Position numbers and translations under genes: made by a program. The notes beneath the pieces were generated by a model that saw only the letters and a list, made by a program, of their open reading frames with translations, was not told where the DNA came from and searched no databases. Positions 1-30,508 of a DNA stretch of 64,000 nucleotides are shown here, piece by piece. The DNA is from Tubulanus polymorphus. Lineage: Eukaryota; Animalia; Nemertea. Within the stretch, counting starts at the first letter, position 1. Every line of letters begins with the position of its first letter. The stretch is from positions 1-64,000 of the forward strand of contig NW_027437436.1 of the NCBI RefSeq assembly GCF_964204645.1. The letters are read 5' to 3'.

Positions 1-402
1 GCACAACGTGACCATACAAGTAAGTGACAGTGTCTTATATTTAATTCGAGGAAGTAGCAGACCTAACAACAACCCGAAAGAACAAGAAAATCACATATAT
101 GGGAACCAGATACAGAAAGTCGGAACAAACATGGAATGTTCGAACAATAATGTAAAAATCTAAATTAAAATCTATAACTAACAACTTGTTTCCTTGCCTT
201 CCCCGTCATTCGAATTCAAATGAACACAATTTTCACCTTATTTTCCATGCATGTGACAGCATAAACCAGTAAGGAATTATCGCATTATCAGGCTCGGAGC
301 CAAATACATTTCTTTCATATATTTCATTTCCGTAGGACAACGTAACGCAGTCCCATTGCTGAAATATTCGCCCGTCGTCGGTATATACTATCATATACGA
401 AC

Positions 403-17783
<17,381 letters not shown>

Positions 17784-19399
17784 AATGATCGTCGTATTTA
17801 TTAAGGTTTATTTATCTTCTCGGCGATTCAATCTCGCTACAAAACTTTGGTATCCTTCCAATCAGCCTGGATTAAGTTTCACTACGTTAACACCACTTTA
17901 TCTAATTTTACTAGTCAGGTATTCATACCAAAAATACTGTTGTCGGTATCAACTGCCTCCAACAATCCGAGGCTGGTCAAATCGTTTCAATGGTGGATGA
18001 AATAAAACCAGTGGTTAAAAACACGATAAAAACAATATTAAAGCGGTAGCGATGTCACTTATCTACGCTGAACTACCTAGAACAATCGAACGTTTGTACC
18101 ATGAACCCCATATGTACAATCTGCTGTTTGTGTATACTACGCTCCTGTGAAAACTTGTACTGTGAATACTTTGTTCATAACTGGCTTAATATACCTAACT
18201 ACCGCTAAATATACTGGACAATACCCAGAATAACTTCTAAGCGGCAAAGTTAGCTTACGTCACCATACGTCGCCGCTAGGCAGGAAACAACTGGGATTAC
18301 AAGTATGCGATTATTTCATGTACTATTTAAATTAATTTTGATTTCAATTTATTCATTTAAAAGAAAAGTTTATTCGATTTTTGGTGAAAGGTAGAAGGAT
18401 TGAACGGTAGAGGTTTGATTCCGATTATAAATTACTTACTTATTTAGCATCGATAAAACAGATGGATCACCGAACTAACTCAAGCTTTAGTCGTCACGTA
18501 CCCGTTCTGCGGTATTATGAAGTCTGCGTTGAGTCAAGTTCTCCACCAGCTGTTAATAAATTCCCATTTTCAAGTACGTTAAATATGCTTTCAGTTCTTT
18601 TATAAATATGGACGACGGATCGCGTTACTGCGTTATGCACGACGATTCCAACGGCAAAATATCGACCTTTCCCTACTCCAACCGATATAGAAATAATTAC
18701 AAAATATGTACTTTTGAACAACGGTTTCATCGAAATGCTTATATGTATATAAAAATATATAGTCGATATATTTTATTGAAATGCAAAAATACGATCAAAT
18801 TATTTTGCCACGAACGCTTCTTCAACAGAACTTCAATACTAATATATTATGGTGAACATGGTCCAGGTCGATCACCGAAATATTGATTTTAGACGTACCC
18901 ATTGCAACTACTCGCGCTAGTCAACTTATTTACAAATTTGGGCCGCACGGCAAGCTAAATCTGACGTCATCTCGGACAATGCGCCAAATAACCTACATTG
19001 ACAAAGCGAGGAAAAACATCTTAAAATAGTTGTTAAAGACGTCAATTAGCAATGATGACAGAAACTCCCAATATTGACTACCAAGTGGTAATTATCGCAT
19101 TGGATCATTCTATTTTGAAGTCAACGCTGGTAAAAAAAATACCATCTATAAAAATGCCACCAGGATAAAATTTAAGTTATTTACATTCATACAGTCATTT
19201 AAGCTGACTGCATTTATCATCAGTCATCTTGTCAAAGATTCCTATTCAATTTCCAACATCAACTACGCCTATGTTCGTGGCTCTTCAAATCACCGATTCG
19301 GTGACCAGACCGTGGTCTAAAATTATACTCGTGTAAATACATGTTCAGAAAACGACACAGTAGCATCAGTCCGAGCGGCTGCATACGTGGAACCATAAT

Positions 19400-21270
19400 T
19401 GACACGTTTATTCGGCAGGCCAAGACTAGGCTTACTCCGTTTATTCAGCTGGCCAACACTAGGGTAACTACATTTATTTAACAGGCCAACACTAGGGTAA
19501 CTGCGTTTGTTGAACAGGCCAACACAAAGGTAATCGCGTTTATTAAACATGCCAACACTAGGGTTACTACGTTTATTAATCAGGCCGACACTAGGGTAAC
19601 TGCGTTTATTGAACAGGCCAATACGAGGGTAATTGCTTTTATTAAACAGGCCAACACTAGGATAACTGCGTTTATTAAACAGACCGACACTAGGGTTGCT
19701 GCGTTTACTAAACAGGCCGACACAAAGGTTACGGCGTTTATTGATAAGGCAAACACTAGGGTAACTGCGTTTATTAAAGATGCCAACACTAGGATAACTA
19801 TGTTCATTAAACAGGCCGGCACAAGGGTTGCTGCGTTTATTAGACAGGCCAACACTAGGGTTACTGCGTTTATTAAACAGTCCAACACTAGGGTTTCTGC
19901 ATATACTAAACAGGCCGACACTTGGGTTGCTACATTTATTAAACAGGCCAACACTAGAGTAACTGCGGTTATTGAGCAGGCTCACACAAGGGCAACTGCG
20001 TTTATTAAACAGGCCAACACAAGGGTAATTGCATTTATCAAACAGGCACACACTTGGGTTACTACATTTATTAAACAGGCCAACACTAGAGTAACTGCGT
20101 TTATTGAGCAGGCCAAAACTAGGGTTGCTGCGTTTACTAATCAGGCCGACACTAGGGTTGCTACATTTATTAAACATGCCAACACTAGAGTAACTGCGTT
20201 TATTGGAGCAGGCCCACACAAGGGTAACTGCGTTTATAAAACAGGCCAACAAATGGGTAATGGCGTTTATCAAACAGGCCGGCACTAGGGTTGCTGCGTT
20301 TACTAATCAGGCCGACACTTGGGTTACTACATTTATTAAACAGGCCAACACTAGAGTAACTGCGTTTATTGAGCAGGCCAACAATAGGGTAACTGCATTG
20401 AATAAACAGGCCAACACTAGGGTAACTGCGTTTACTAATCAGGCCGACACTAGGGTTGCTACATTTATTAAACAGGCCAACACTAGAGTAACTGCGTTTA
20501 TTGGAGCAGGCCCACACACGGGTAACTGCGTTTATTAAACAGGCCAACAAATGGGTAATGGCGTTTATCAAACAGGCCGGCATTAGGGTTGCTGCGTTTA
20601 CTAATCAGGCCAACACTAGGGTTACTACGTTTATTGAACAGGCCAACACTAGGGTTACTGCGTTTATTGAACAGGCCAACACTAGGGTAACTGCGTTTAT
20701 TGAAGAAGCCAACTCGAGGGTTACTGCATACACTAAACACTCCGACACTAGGTTTGTTGCGTTAACTAAACAGGACAGCATAAGGGTAACTGCGGTTATT
20801 TAGAAGGCCAACACAAGGGTTACTACTTTTATTAAACTGGCCAACACAAGGGTAACTGCGTTGATTAAACACGCCAACACTGCCTTTATCAAACAGGCGA
20901 ACATTAGGGTTATTACGATTATAAAACAGGCCAACATAGGGTAACTGCGTTTATTAAGCAGGCCAACACTAGGGTAACTGCCTTTATCAAACAGGCGAAC
21001 ACTAGGGTTATTGCGATTAATCAACAGGCCAACACTAGAGTAACTGCGTTTATCAAACAGACCGACACCAGGGTTACGACGTTTGTTAAATAGGCCAACA
21101 ATAGGGTTGCTGCGCTTATTTAACAGGCCGACACGAGGGTTACTGCGATTATTAAACAGGCCAACACTAGGGTAACTACGTTTATTAAACAGGTCATCAC
21201 TGGGGTTTCTAAATTTATTAAACCGGCCATCACTAGGGTTACTGCGTTTATTAAACACGCCAACACTAGC
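19400..21270. repeat. 33-bp minisatellite
   Basis: Consensus approximately TTTATTAAACAGGCCAACACTAGGGTAACTGCG, more than 50 copies. Confidence 0.95.
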
Positions 21271-23574
21271 AACACTCCGGGACCACTTTCTACTCCGCGG
21301 AGTGGAAACACTCCGGGACTGCTCTCTGATAAATGGACAAGCAACATTCCGGGACCACATTCTACTCCGCAGAGTGGAAGCATTGTGGAGGGAAAAACTT
21401 ATACCACGGTTGATGACCTTAGCACACAGGCTGGGCGTAGACCTAACTCAGATCTGCTTTCCGATTCTGATCTAGACACATTTCTACCCCTATCGCTGAC
21501 GTCATGGGCAAAGGCAATGAGGCAAACTATGATCGGGCGGTTGTAATCAAGGACAATCCGATATCTAGTAATCCTTAATCTGCATGAATGTAAAAAACAT
21601 ACATTTGCAATACAATTCTCTCGCTTCGAACTTTCAGTACTACCTTCTATAGCGTTACTTTACTTTGTATACATCGACACGAATAAAGCGAAACGCTCGA
21701 AACAGCTAACAAGGAGATCGTTGGTTGCCGGGTGTCATCACATTGTAACAGTACATGACCCCACGATAAATTTATCGCACTTTCACAGATAGGTTATTAT
21801 GAAATGTTCTAGGACCCGTACATTACCGGCAAACAGTCCCTAATTCTTCGGCTATTACAAAGTTCGATTTTGGTAATTTCAAAGGACCAGAAGCACAACG
21901 AAATATGAGCAACGTTTAGGTCACTTAAAACGAGCTAATTAAGAAGGTGAGAGTTAATTAAAAGTTTACGTGGTACATCAATAGGCGCTCCTCCACGTTA
22001 ATCAGGATTTAAAATGATTCGAACCAACATCATAGAATGTCAACATTCCCCTAATATATATAACAAGCTGAGAAATGGTGAAAGTAAAATTAATTAAAAT
22101 TGAGTACCCGCAGTTGCTGCTGAGGCAATCAACGATTCCGCGTATGGTAGGTGAGGATCCACCAGGTTCGCGTGTAGATAGTTGGTCGTCCACATTCGAT
22201 TTTCCTACATTTCAATTCTGAATGATCAATAATCTATGAAAACCCCGCTGATATCCGAGTAGAAGAATATAAGCATTGTATATTTGGTGGGTGGTGTGGT
22301 TATATATAGATTCCTGAGTCTAAAACTTCTGTTCAAAGCTCATTGAAAATGAACTAATTTTGACAACGGGCGACCTACTGCTCGTCACGACATCTGGTCG
22401 GATAGCTGGTTATTCGGGTACCCAATTGATGAAATAAAACCATACTTGTGAATTAAATCAACGCGGTACCGGTGAGGCTGCTGATGGAAACGAGGATTTG
22501 GCGATAGTCCGCTTTATACTACTAAAGGATATGATCCGCCATTAACTATGTTTTTGATGAGCGAGAAACTCTCATGATCGCCACTTCGTTATATCGCCTA
22601 AAAATTGGTGGTGTTATATCGAGCTTTGACTGTATATTACACGTGACGATACAGATTCCTTTCTTACTGTGGAACTGGATTCAGAGTTTTTCATCGCTTT
22701 CAGACAATATCTAAATCATCATTAAAGGTTTCAATACTTCAAAATTTACGCGTTGATATCATTTGCAAAATTTAACGGAGAAATTCTAAGATGAAATTGC
22801 AGTGGTAAATACGTACAATGTATGTAGTTTATTCCCAATGTGTTTAACCAATAGATGAGGATTCTCGATCCACCCCGGCAGACGCTTCTAAAAATTCAAT
22901 CACCACTCCTCTCGAATCCCGATCATGCGGATTTCACTTTCATGTTCAGACGGCCTTATTTCTAGAACTGGTCTGTAACAAGTACCCGAAAACAAACATG
23001 TTCAGTGTGTGCAGCAGCGCTTCCCAGAAGAGAGGATATTACTAACACGTGTACTAGGAATTGAAACTTCAATAATCTTACCTTTATCAAGTTATCAACA
23101 AAGTTAACAACAAAGTGTCGCATTTCATTGGGGTCAGTAAACTGTAACACTTCCAACAGTTATAATTCATCTTCGCTCTATAAATCTACTAAAATCAATC
23201 CATTCTCCGCCATGCATAATGTTTATAACAGAGATTTCAATTTAACCATCAAATAATTTGAGAATTGAATACTGCATAAAATATATCAGTTTATATAAGA
23301 TGCTTTAAGTATTAGAATGTTAATCGATTTAAAACTCAAAAATATGGAATCAACTCAAAATGTAGAAATTGCAGGAATTGTGACTATTATAGCTCACAAA
23401 CGTTGAACCTCATCCAACCCGGGTGTATTCTACCCGGACTGCACTTGAAACAAGAAAGTATTTTCTTTCTATGGATAAATTATCTTTATTAAGCGAATAA
23501 AATATTTGAGCACGTTACATTATTAGCAATTTCTAGTACAAATCACATCAGAAAGTTGTTATTGTTGCCGAGTA

Positions 23575-23775
23575 CCTCCCTGGCTTTACAAGGAACCTCC
23601 CTGGTTTTACCAGGAGCCCTTGATCTCTGTTTTACCAGGAGCCAGCGACCCTCCTAGTTTATCAGGTGCCCCCTACCTCACAAGTTTTACCAGGAGCCCA
23701 CGAACTCCTGGTTTTACCACGAGCCTAAGACCTTCCTGGTTTTACCAGGAGCCCACGTCTTACTGATTTTACAAA
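23575..23775. repeat. Short degenerate tandem repeat of about 30 bp
   Basis: Recurrent GGTTTTACCAGGAGCCC core. Confidence 0.7.
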
Positions 23776-23844
23776 GCGCATCAAACATCATTGGTTTCAT
23801 AAATTGTTATGTTTTACAAAACTTCTTCAAATGAAATAAAATTT

Positions 23845-26048
23845 ATCACAGCTTTCAATAATACTACTTATCAAGAAGTAAATCAGTAACACATTATCAC
23901 TACTTTCAATAATAATAATTATAAACTAAATCAGTAATACATTATCACTGCTTTCAATAATAATGGTTATCAAGTCAATCAGTAATATATTATCATTGCT
24001 TTCAATAACAATACTTATCAAGTCAATCAGTAATACATTATCACTGCTTTCAATAACAATACTTATCGAGTCAATCAGTAATACATTATCACTACCTTCA
24101 ATAATAATAATTATCAATTAAATCAGTAATACATTATCACTGCTTTCAATAATGATGGTTATCAAGTCAATCAGTAATACATTATCACTGCTTTCAATAA
24201 TAATGGTTATCAAGTCATTCAGTAATACATTATCACTGCTTTCAATAACAATACTTATCAAGTAAATCAGTAATACATTATCACTTCTTTCAATAATAAT
24301 GCTTATCAAGTCAATCAGCAATACATAATAACTGCTTTTAATAACAATACTTATCAAGTAAATCAGTAATACATTATCACTGCTTTCAATAATAACACTT
24401 ATCAAGTCAATCAGTAATACATAATAACTGCTTTTAATAACAATACTTATCAAGTAAATCAGTAATACATTATCACTGCTTTCAATAATAATAATTATCA
24501 ATTAAATCAGTACTACATTATCACTGCTTTCAATAACAATACTTATCAAGTAAATCAGTAATACATTATCACTTCTTTCAATAATAATGCTTATCAAGTC
24601 AATCAGTAATACATAATAACTGCTTTTAATAACAATACTTATCAAGTAAATCCGTAATACATTATCACTACTTTCAATAACAATACTTATCAAGTCAATC
24701 AGTAATACATTATCACTACTTTCAATAACAATACTTATCAAGTCAATCAGTAATACATTATCACTGCTTTCAATAACAATACTTATCAAGTCAATCAGTA
24801 ATACATTATCACTTCTTTCAATAATAATGCTTATCAAGTCAATCAGCAATACATAATAACTGCTTTTAATAACAATACTTATCAAGTAAATCAGTAATAC
24901 ATTATCACTGCTTTCAATAATAACACTTATCAAGTCAATCAGTAATACATAATAACTGCTTTTAATAACAATACTTATCAAGTAAATCAGTAATACATTA
25001 TCACTGCTTTCAATAATAATAATTATCAATTAAATCAGTACTACATTATCACTGCTTTCAATAACAATACTTATCAAGTCAATCAGTAATACATTATCAC
25101 TTCTTTCAATAATAATGCTTATCAAGTCAATCAGCAATACATAATAACTGCTTTTAATAACAATACTTATCAAGTAAATCAGTAATACATTATCACTGCT
25201 TTCAATAATAACACTTATCAAGTCAATCAGTAATACATAATAACTGCTTTTAATAACAATACTTATCAAGTAAATCAGTAATACATTATCACTGCTTTCA
25301 ATAATAATAATTATCAATTAAATCAGTACTACATTATCACTGCTTTCAATAACAATACTTATCAAGTAAATCAGTAATACATTATCACTTCTTTCAATAA
25401 TAATGCTTATCAAGTCAATCAGTAATACATAATAACTGCTTTTAATAACAATACTTATCAAGTAAATCCGTAATACATTATCACTACTTTCAATAACAAT
25501 ACTTATCAAGTCAATCAGTAATACATTATCACTACTTTCAATAACAATACTTATCAAGTCAATCAGTAATACATTATCACTGCTTTCAATAACAATACTT
25601 ATCAAGTCAATCAGTAATACATTATCACTTCTTTCAATAATAATGCTTATCAAGTCAATCAGCAATACATAATAACTGCTTTTAATAACAATACTTATCA
25701 AGTAAATCAGTAATACATTATCGCTTTCAATAATAACACTTATCAAGTCAATCAGTAATACATAATAACTGCTTTTAATAACAATACTTATCAAGTAAAT
25801 CAGTAATACATTATCACTGCTTTCAATAATAATAATTATCAATTAAATCAGTACTACATTATCACTGCTTTTAATAACAATACTTATCAAGTAAATCCGT
25901 AATACATTATCACTACTTTCAATAACAATACTTATCAAGTCAATCAGTAATACATTATCACTTCTTTCAATAACAATACTTATCAAGTCAATCAGTAATA
26001 CATTTTCACTGCTTTCAATAAAAAAAATAATCAAGTCAATCAGTAATG
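23845..26048. repeat. 48-bp satellite with higher-order structure
   Basis: Consensus approximately AATCAGTAATACATTATCACTGCTTTCAATAACAATACTTATCAAGTC; variant monomers recur in a fixed order. Confidence 0.96.
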
Positions 26049-27773
26049 CATTTTGAAAATCTTAAACTTATATAAATATATAAACTTATAAATATACTGT
26101 AGTATAGTTAAACCTTATACGACTTACATTGTATTCAAATCAAAATACAGTTACACATTGTTTCAAGCACCTTTAAAAGCATTTTCCGTTTAGGAGTTCT
26201 TAAGGGATGAGGTTTAAGTGAAGTTTGAGTATATCCCCCTATAAGACATACCGCTGATAAAAAGCAATTTCAATTATATATATCACTCGCTATAGTTACT
26301 AACTTTATTTGATCTATTTTATGCTTGATGATCAGTTATATTGTATTCCATCTACTCTAGTAACGCTGTATATATTTCAGTAGTCAATGTAGCACATTTC
26401 AGAAGGCGACTGATAAAAGTAATACCACTCCACCTCCCCGTTCTCATCAAATTCTATGTCAGAAATTTCTGCATCGCTAGAGTAGCCCAACTATCAACAT
26501 ACGGAAATTGCCGAGTGCTGACGGATAACACTCGCGTATCGTATTACGTAACGAGCCCCACCAAATACGCTGATACGATCAATGACAGCTGACACGTTCA
26601 TACTCCACTCACTCCCACCCAGGTGATACAAACACATCTGAGGAGTTCTGAACCTCAACAGACTACAACAATAAAAAGGCAGGTTTTCTCTTACTAGCGG
26701 AAGAAAACAGATTAGATGCGGAAAACGACAAGTATATAATTCGTTCTTTTCCAATAGATAATAGCAGAAACATAGCAGTTTTAACGATCAACTAATGTAA
26801 TTAAAATTAATTGATTCATCAAATAAAATAGAGATTAAAAAGTGCAGAAATAACATTCAATTCTGAACAAAAACTACAATGATTGTATTTAAAAACACAT
26901 TCATCTCCTTTCGACGGATTCTTTTTCTTTTCGTATTAAATATCACTTGATTCAACAAGATTGATTTACAGCATCAATTATCCGTAATAGGAGTGGTAGG
27001 GGTTCGGGAGAGTTGCGAGTGGTTAATGATAGTACATCGAACTATAACCGCCAGTCTTTATATACAGAATTGACACACACAACCTAAATATTTTAAGATA
27101 CGAATTATTAAGATTTCCCATTTTTAAAGTTACCATAATTCTTGGGTATATAGGAAAATATAATATAAATCTTAATTGTCAACATCTCTGAGGATATAGA
27201 ATAATAATATATAGATTCAATCATCACAGTCCTATTTTTCTCCATAGTCTCACCCATAAGAACCGCTCACCTAAAATGTCACCTTACAAAAGATTATTCA
27301 TTTAACTAAATATACATAGTAACATACGATGAACCTCGAGCACGAGTTAAGGAGGGGGAAATACGTTTATAAAAAGTCAGAAAAGTGATCTACGTTTAAG
27401 TCCCAGTTACTTAAATGTCTGACGAGGAAGGCGAGGTTTAGTCATACCTGTAATACCCAGGGAAGACGTAAAGAATATGATATGAATTATTGTCATGTTA
27501 ATTGAAATGCATAAAATAAAATGTATAGAATGAATTGTTAAACTCGATGTTAATCAAACGGATCTAATTAGTATATTTGGGCAGTTGAATGTGTGTAGTT
27601 TCAATTTATTCCGGTTTGATCTCGGGCTATGTCATTTATTCAAAGAATACAGTTTGATATCAGTGCTGCAGTTCTGCTCTGCTCTGTTCTGTTCCGTTCC
27701 GTTCCGTTCCAGATTCAGGAAAATGACAGGCTCAGATGTACACAACGTTGTTTTTTTCATTCCTCTGCGGAAA

Positions 27774-30508
27774 CTAAGAAAACAATAAATGTACACTCAC
27801 TCTTTTATTGAGTTCGTTAAGTTCTGATTCGATGCAGTTTTTCATCCTAGCTCGGTCGCTGGCTCGGCAACGGAAATACAGGTGAGATAGGTGCGGAAGG
27901 TTTTTGATTAATTCGACGATTGATTTGACAAATGAATCGATATCGTCCTGTGTATCAAACCTCTCCTTGTAAACGTTGAACTGTAACATACGAAGCGATG
28001 AGACGTTTTTAAGTAGTCGTAAGATGGTCCGATGCTGTTCGGTGCTTTTAAGTGAGCTTGTGATACCGATATTTTTCAGCTGATTTACCGCATCTGATGA
28101 TAGATACCGAACAAGTGCTTGGTAATCAGCTTCTAACTTTACATCTACTGATAAAACCGTCAGCTGCGGCAGGTGAGGCAGAATGCGGCTTTTTTCTAGA
28201 CTAGATCTGTGACAAGAAAGAAGCTTTAGTTCCGACATTGAAGCGATACAATCACTGATTTTTGTCGATTGATCTTTGGTTAGTTGAATCAGATCAAGAT
28301 GAATTGTTTCGATCTTTGAAGATCGTAAGGCACTGTTAAAATCTTCCAATTCTGTATCGGTCAAATCTTCATCTAATATTCTCCCATAAGGCTTGGATTT
28401 TTCTCCGCCTCGAAGATGAATTTCTTTCAAGCGCGGAATTATGTTTGTCAGCCCTCTATATATATTTTCACTGGGAGGCACGCGGATAAACAAATGTTTT
28501 AGGGATGGATTAGATTTGTGAATATTGCCAAAGATTTTTGCACTAGCCTCCGTTTTGATATAGAGAATTTCCTCTTTATATTGTGTGGATGGATCACGAG
28601 TGATCGACTGAACGTCATCTTCAGATTCAATCAATCGACTCGTTTTTATCCATTCACAATCGAGTTTCTTGTAACCGATACGGAATTCTCCTTTTAATAA
28701 GTCCACAAGCCAGTTCGTACTGTTGCTTTTCTGACACAATACCAAGTACGGATCACTGTCTATTGAACAACACCTCTCTCGTGCGATTATCATACCCTGA
28801 AGACGAGTGTTACTCGCTATGGCTGTTTCTAATGCGCAGTATTCGCCAGTGCCGGGTTTCAGTTCGTTACTCATATCTCTTAGATAAACTACCTCGATCG
28901 GGCATTGTTTGTGTTCGAGTATTTTTGCGAGTACTTTTATTTGCACGTCGCTAGTTATATTTACAATCAACATTTTTCCGGTGTAGTGAAATATTTCGCT
29001 AATGGCGTCATCCGGACAGTCGGCTTCATTCAGGTAGACTGATAACCGATCAGATAACCAATAGCTTTCAGATTTAAGTTCGATGTAGCGTTCATATTCG
29101 GGAAGGGCCGCTATCTGGACATTTTGTTGATCGTTTATTATGTCATCGAAACCGTCCTCGTCTATTGTGACTGCTTTTAAATTCTCATCAATTAAAGTTC
29201 TGAAAAGTTCACCGAAGGCGTTATCATGCTTGAGACGATACAGCAGCCCTACCATGAATCTCGGGTATAATTCACCATATTTTTTCAGTTCGTCCGGTAG
29301 TTGTTCAAACGCACATTTTTTCCAGGGTATTTCACCACTGTTGTTGAATTGTACAACCGAGTGAAACGCCGCCAGAAATTCGTGCACAGATTTGAGTATG
29401 AATCTTAGCTGGACGAAGCGGTCTGAGTTCATTCCCGGCGACACCTCTTCGCATGTCAAAGCCGTCATCTTCGATTCGTCGAGTTTGAGATGATTTTCAC
29501 TGAAGCTGTTTTGACCCTTGATGAGCGTCTCATACGCGACTTGACAGATTTCTTTAAGTGCTTCTGAATTTCCGATATCGCGGAAAAAACATTCCGACGA
29601 CAAGTCGAAGCCCTCACGTTTACTGATCAGAAAACACGTCAAATCGATGTAGATATCGGTGAGTTTTGATGGTATCGTAATTTCTTTCTTGTCCATATAC
29701 AGAGAACAAAACATATGTAGTATCAACGGGTTGAAGTAGGTACTTTGAAATAAAGGTGGCGCCGCGACTTTAAACATGTTGAATAGCTGATCTGCATCGC
29801 GCTCGGGGAATTTTCTCTTCATTATATCGAAGACTCCTTCCTCTCTGAAGCCGTATATCGATACAACGGTGAATTTGGAATCAGTGGCGATCATGCTTCC
29901 CCTGGACTCACGTGTTGTTATGACGATGTGCGCTTTCAGTAATTCATTGGTCGCGCGTACGATTTCTTTCTTCGCTTTATAGTTTTTCAACTCGTCGAAG
30001 CCGTCTAGCAAAAATATCGCTTTTTCTGCATTTTCCTGTACAAATCTCATAAAACCATCATACGGCGCGTCTTTTTTTACTACTTGACTTAAAAGATTAT
30101 CGTAAATGTACGTATAAATACACGCGTTATCAGCGGGCAGTTCATTTAACGGTATATAGAATAACATGGGAAATCTTTCTAGAAACGGTGATCGTTCCCA
30201 TGACAACACTTGATTTATCACCTGTGTAGTTTTACCAATACCAGGATCACCTACGAGGCATATATGCTTCTTTTCGGGCTGTTCATAAGTGAAAAGCTTC
30301 TCGAAATCATCGGGTAAAATCACTGACTGCTCCTCACTTTCTTCATTTCCCCTCGGGTTTCGTTTTTGCGGCCGAATTCTCGCGTGTTCTGTGGTGAAGA
30401 TTTCGTTGAAATTGACGAATTCATCGCTCCACCAAACCTCTTTATAATTTTTATCATCAATCAGTTGTTTATACGTTTCTTTCAGATACTTCTGAACTTG
30501 AGTAACAT
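27774..30508 (-). CDS. NLR immune receptor, NACHT-WH-LRR-like terminal exon
   Basis: Walker A GDPGIGKT, Walker B IFLLDGFDEL, sensor IVITTR, NPLILHMFC, WH motif F..KSVHEFLAA, and a C-terminus with LxxLxL repeats. The frame is open upstream of the listed ORF to an acceptor TTTTTACAG at 30509. Confidence 0.92.

Noticed and set aside
19323-21383. Repeat-protein ORFs or a CRISPR-like array
   Set aside because: A 33-bp tandem unit is open in several frames on both strands; there are no unique spacers and no cas genes.
23926-26034. Series of hydrophobic ORFs
   Set aside because: Translations of the 48-bp satellite.
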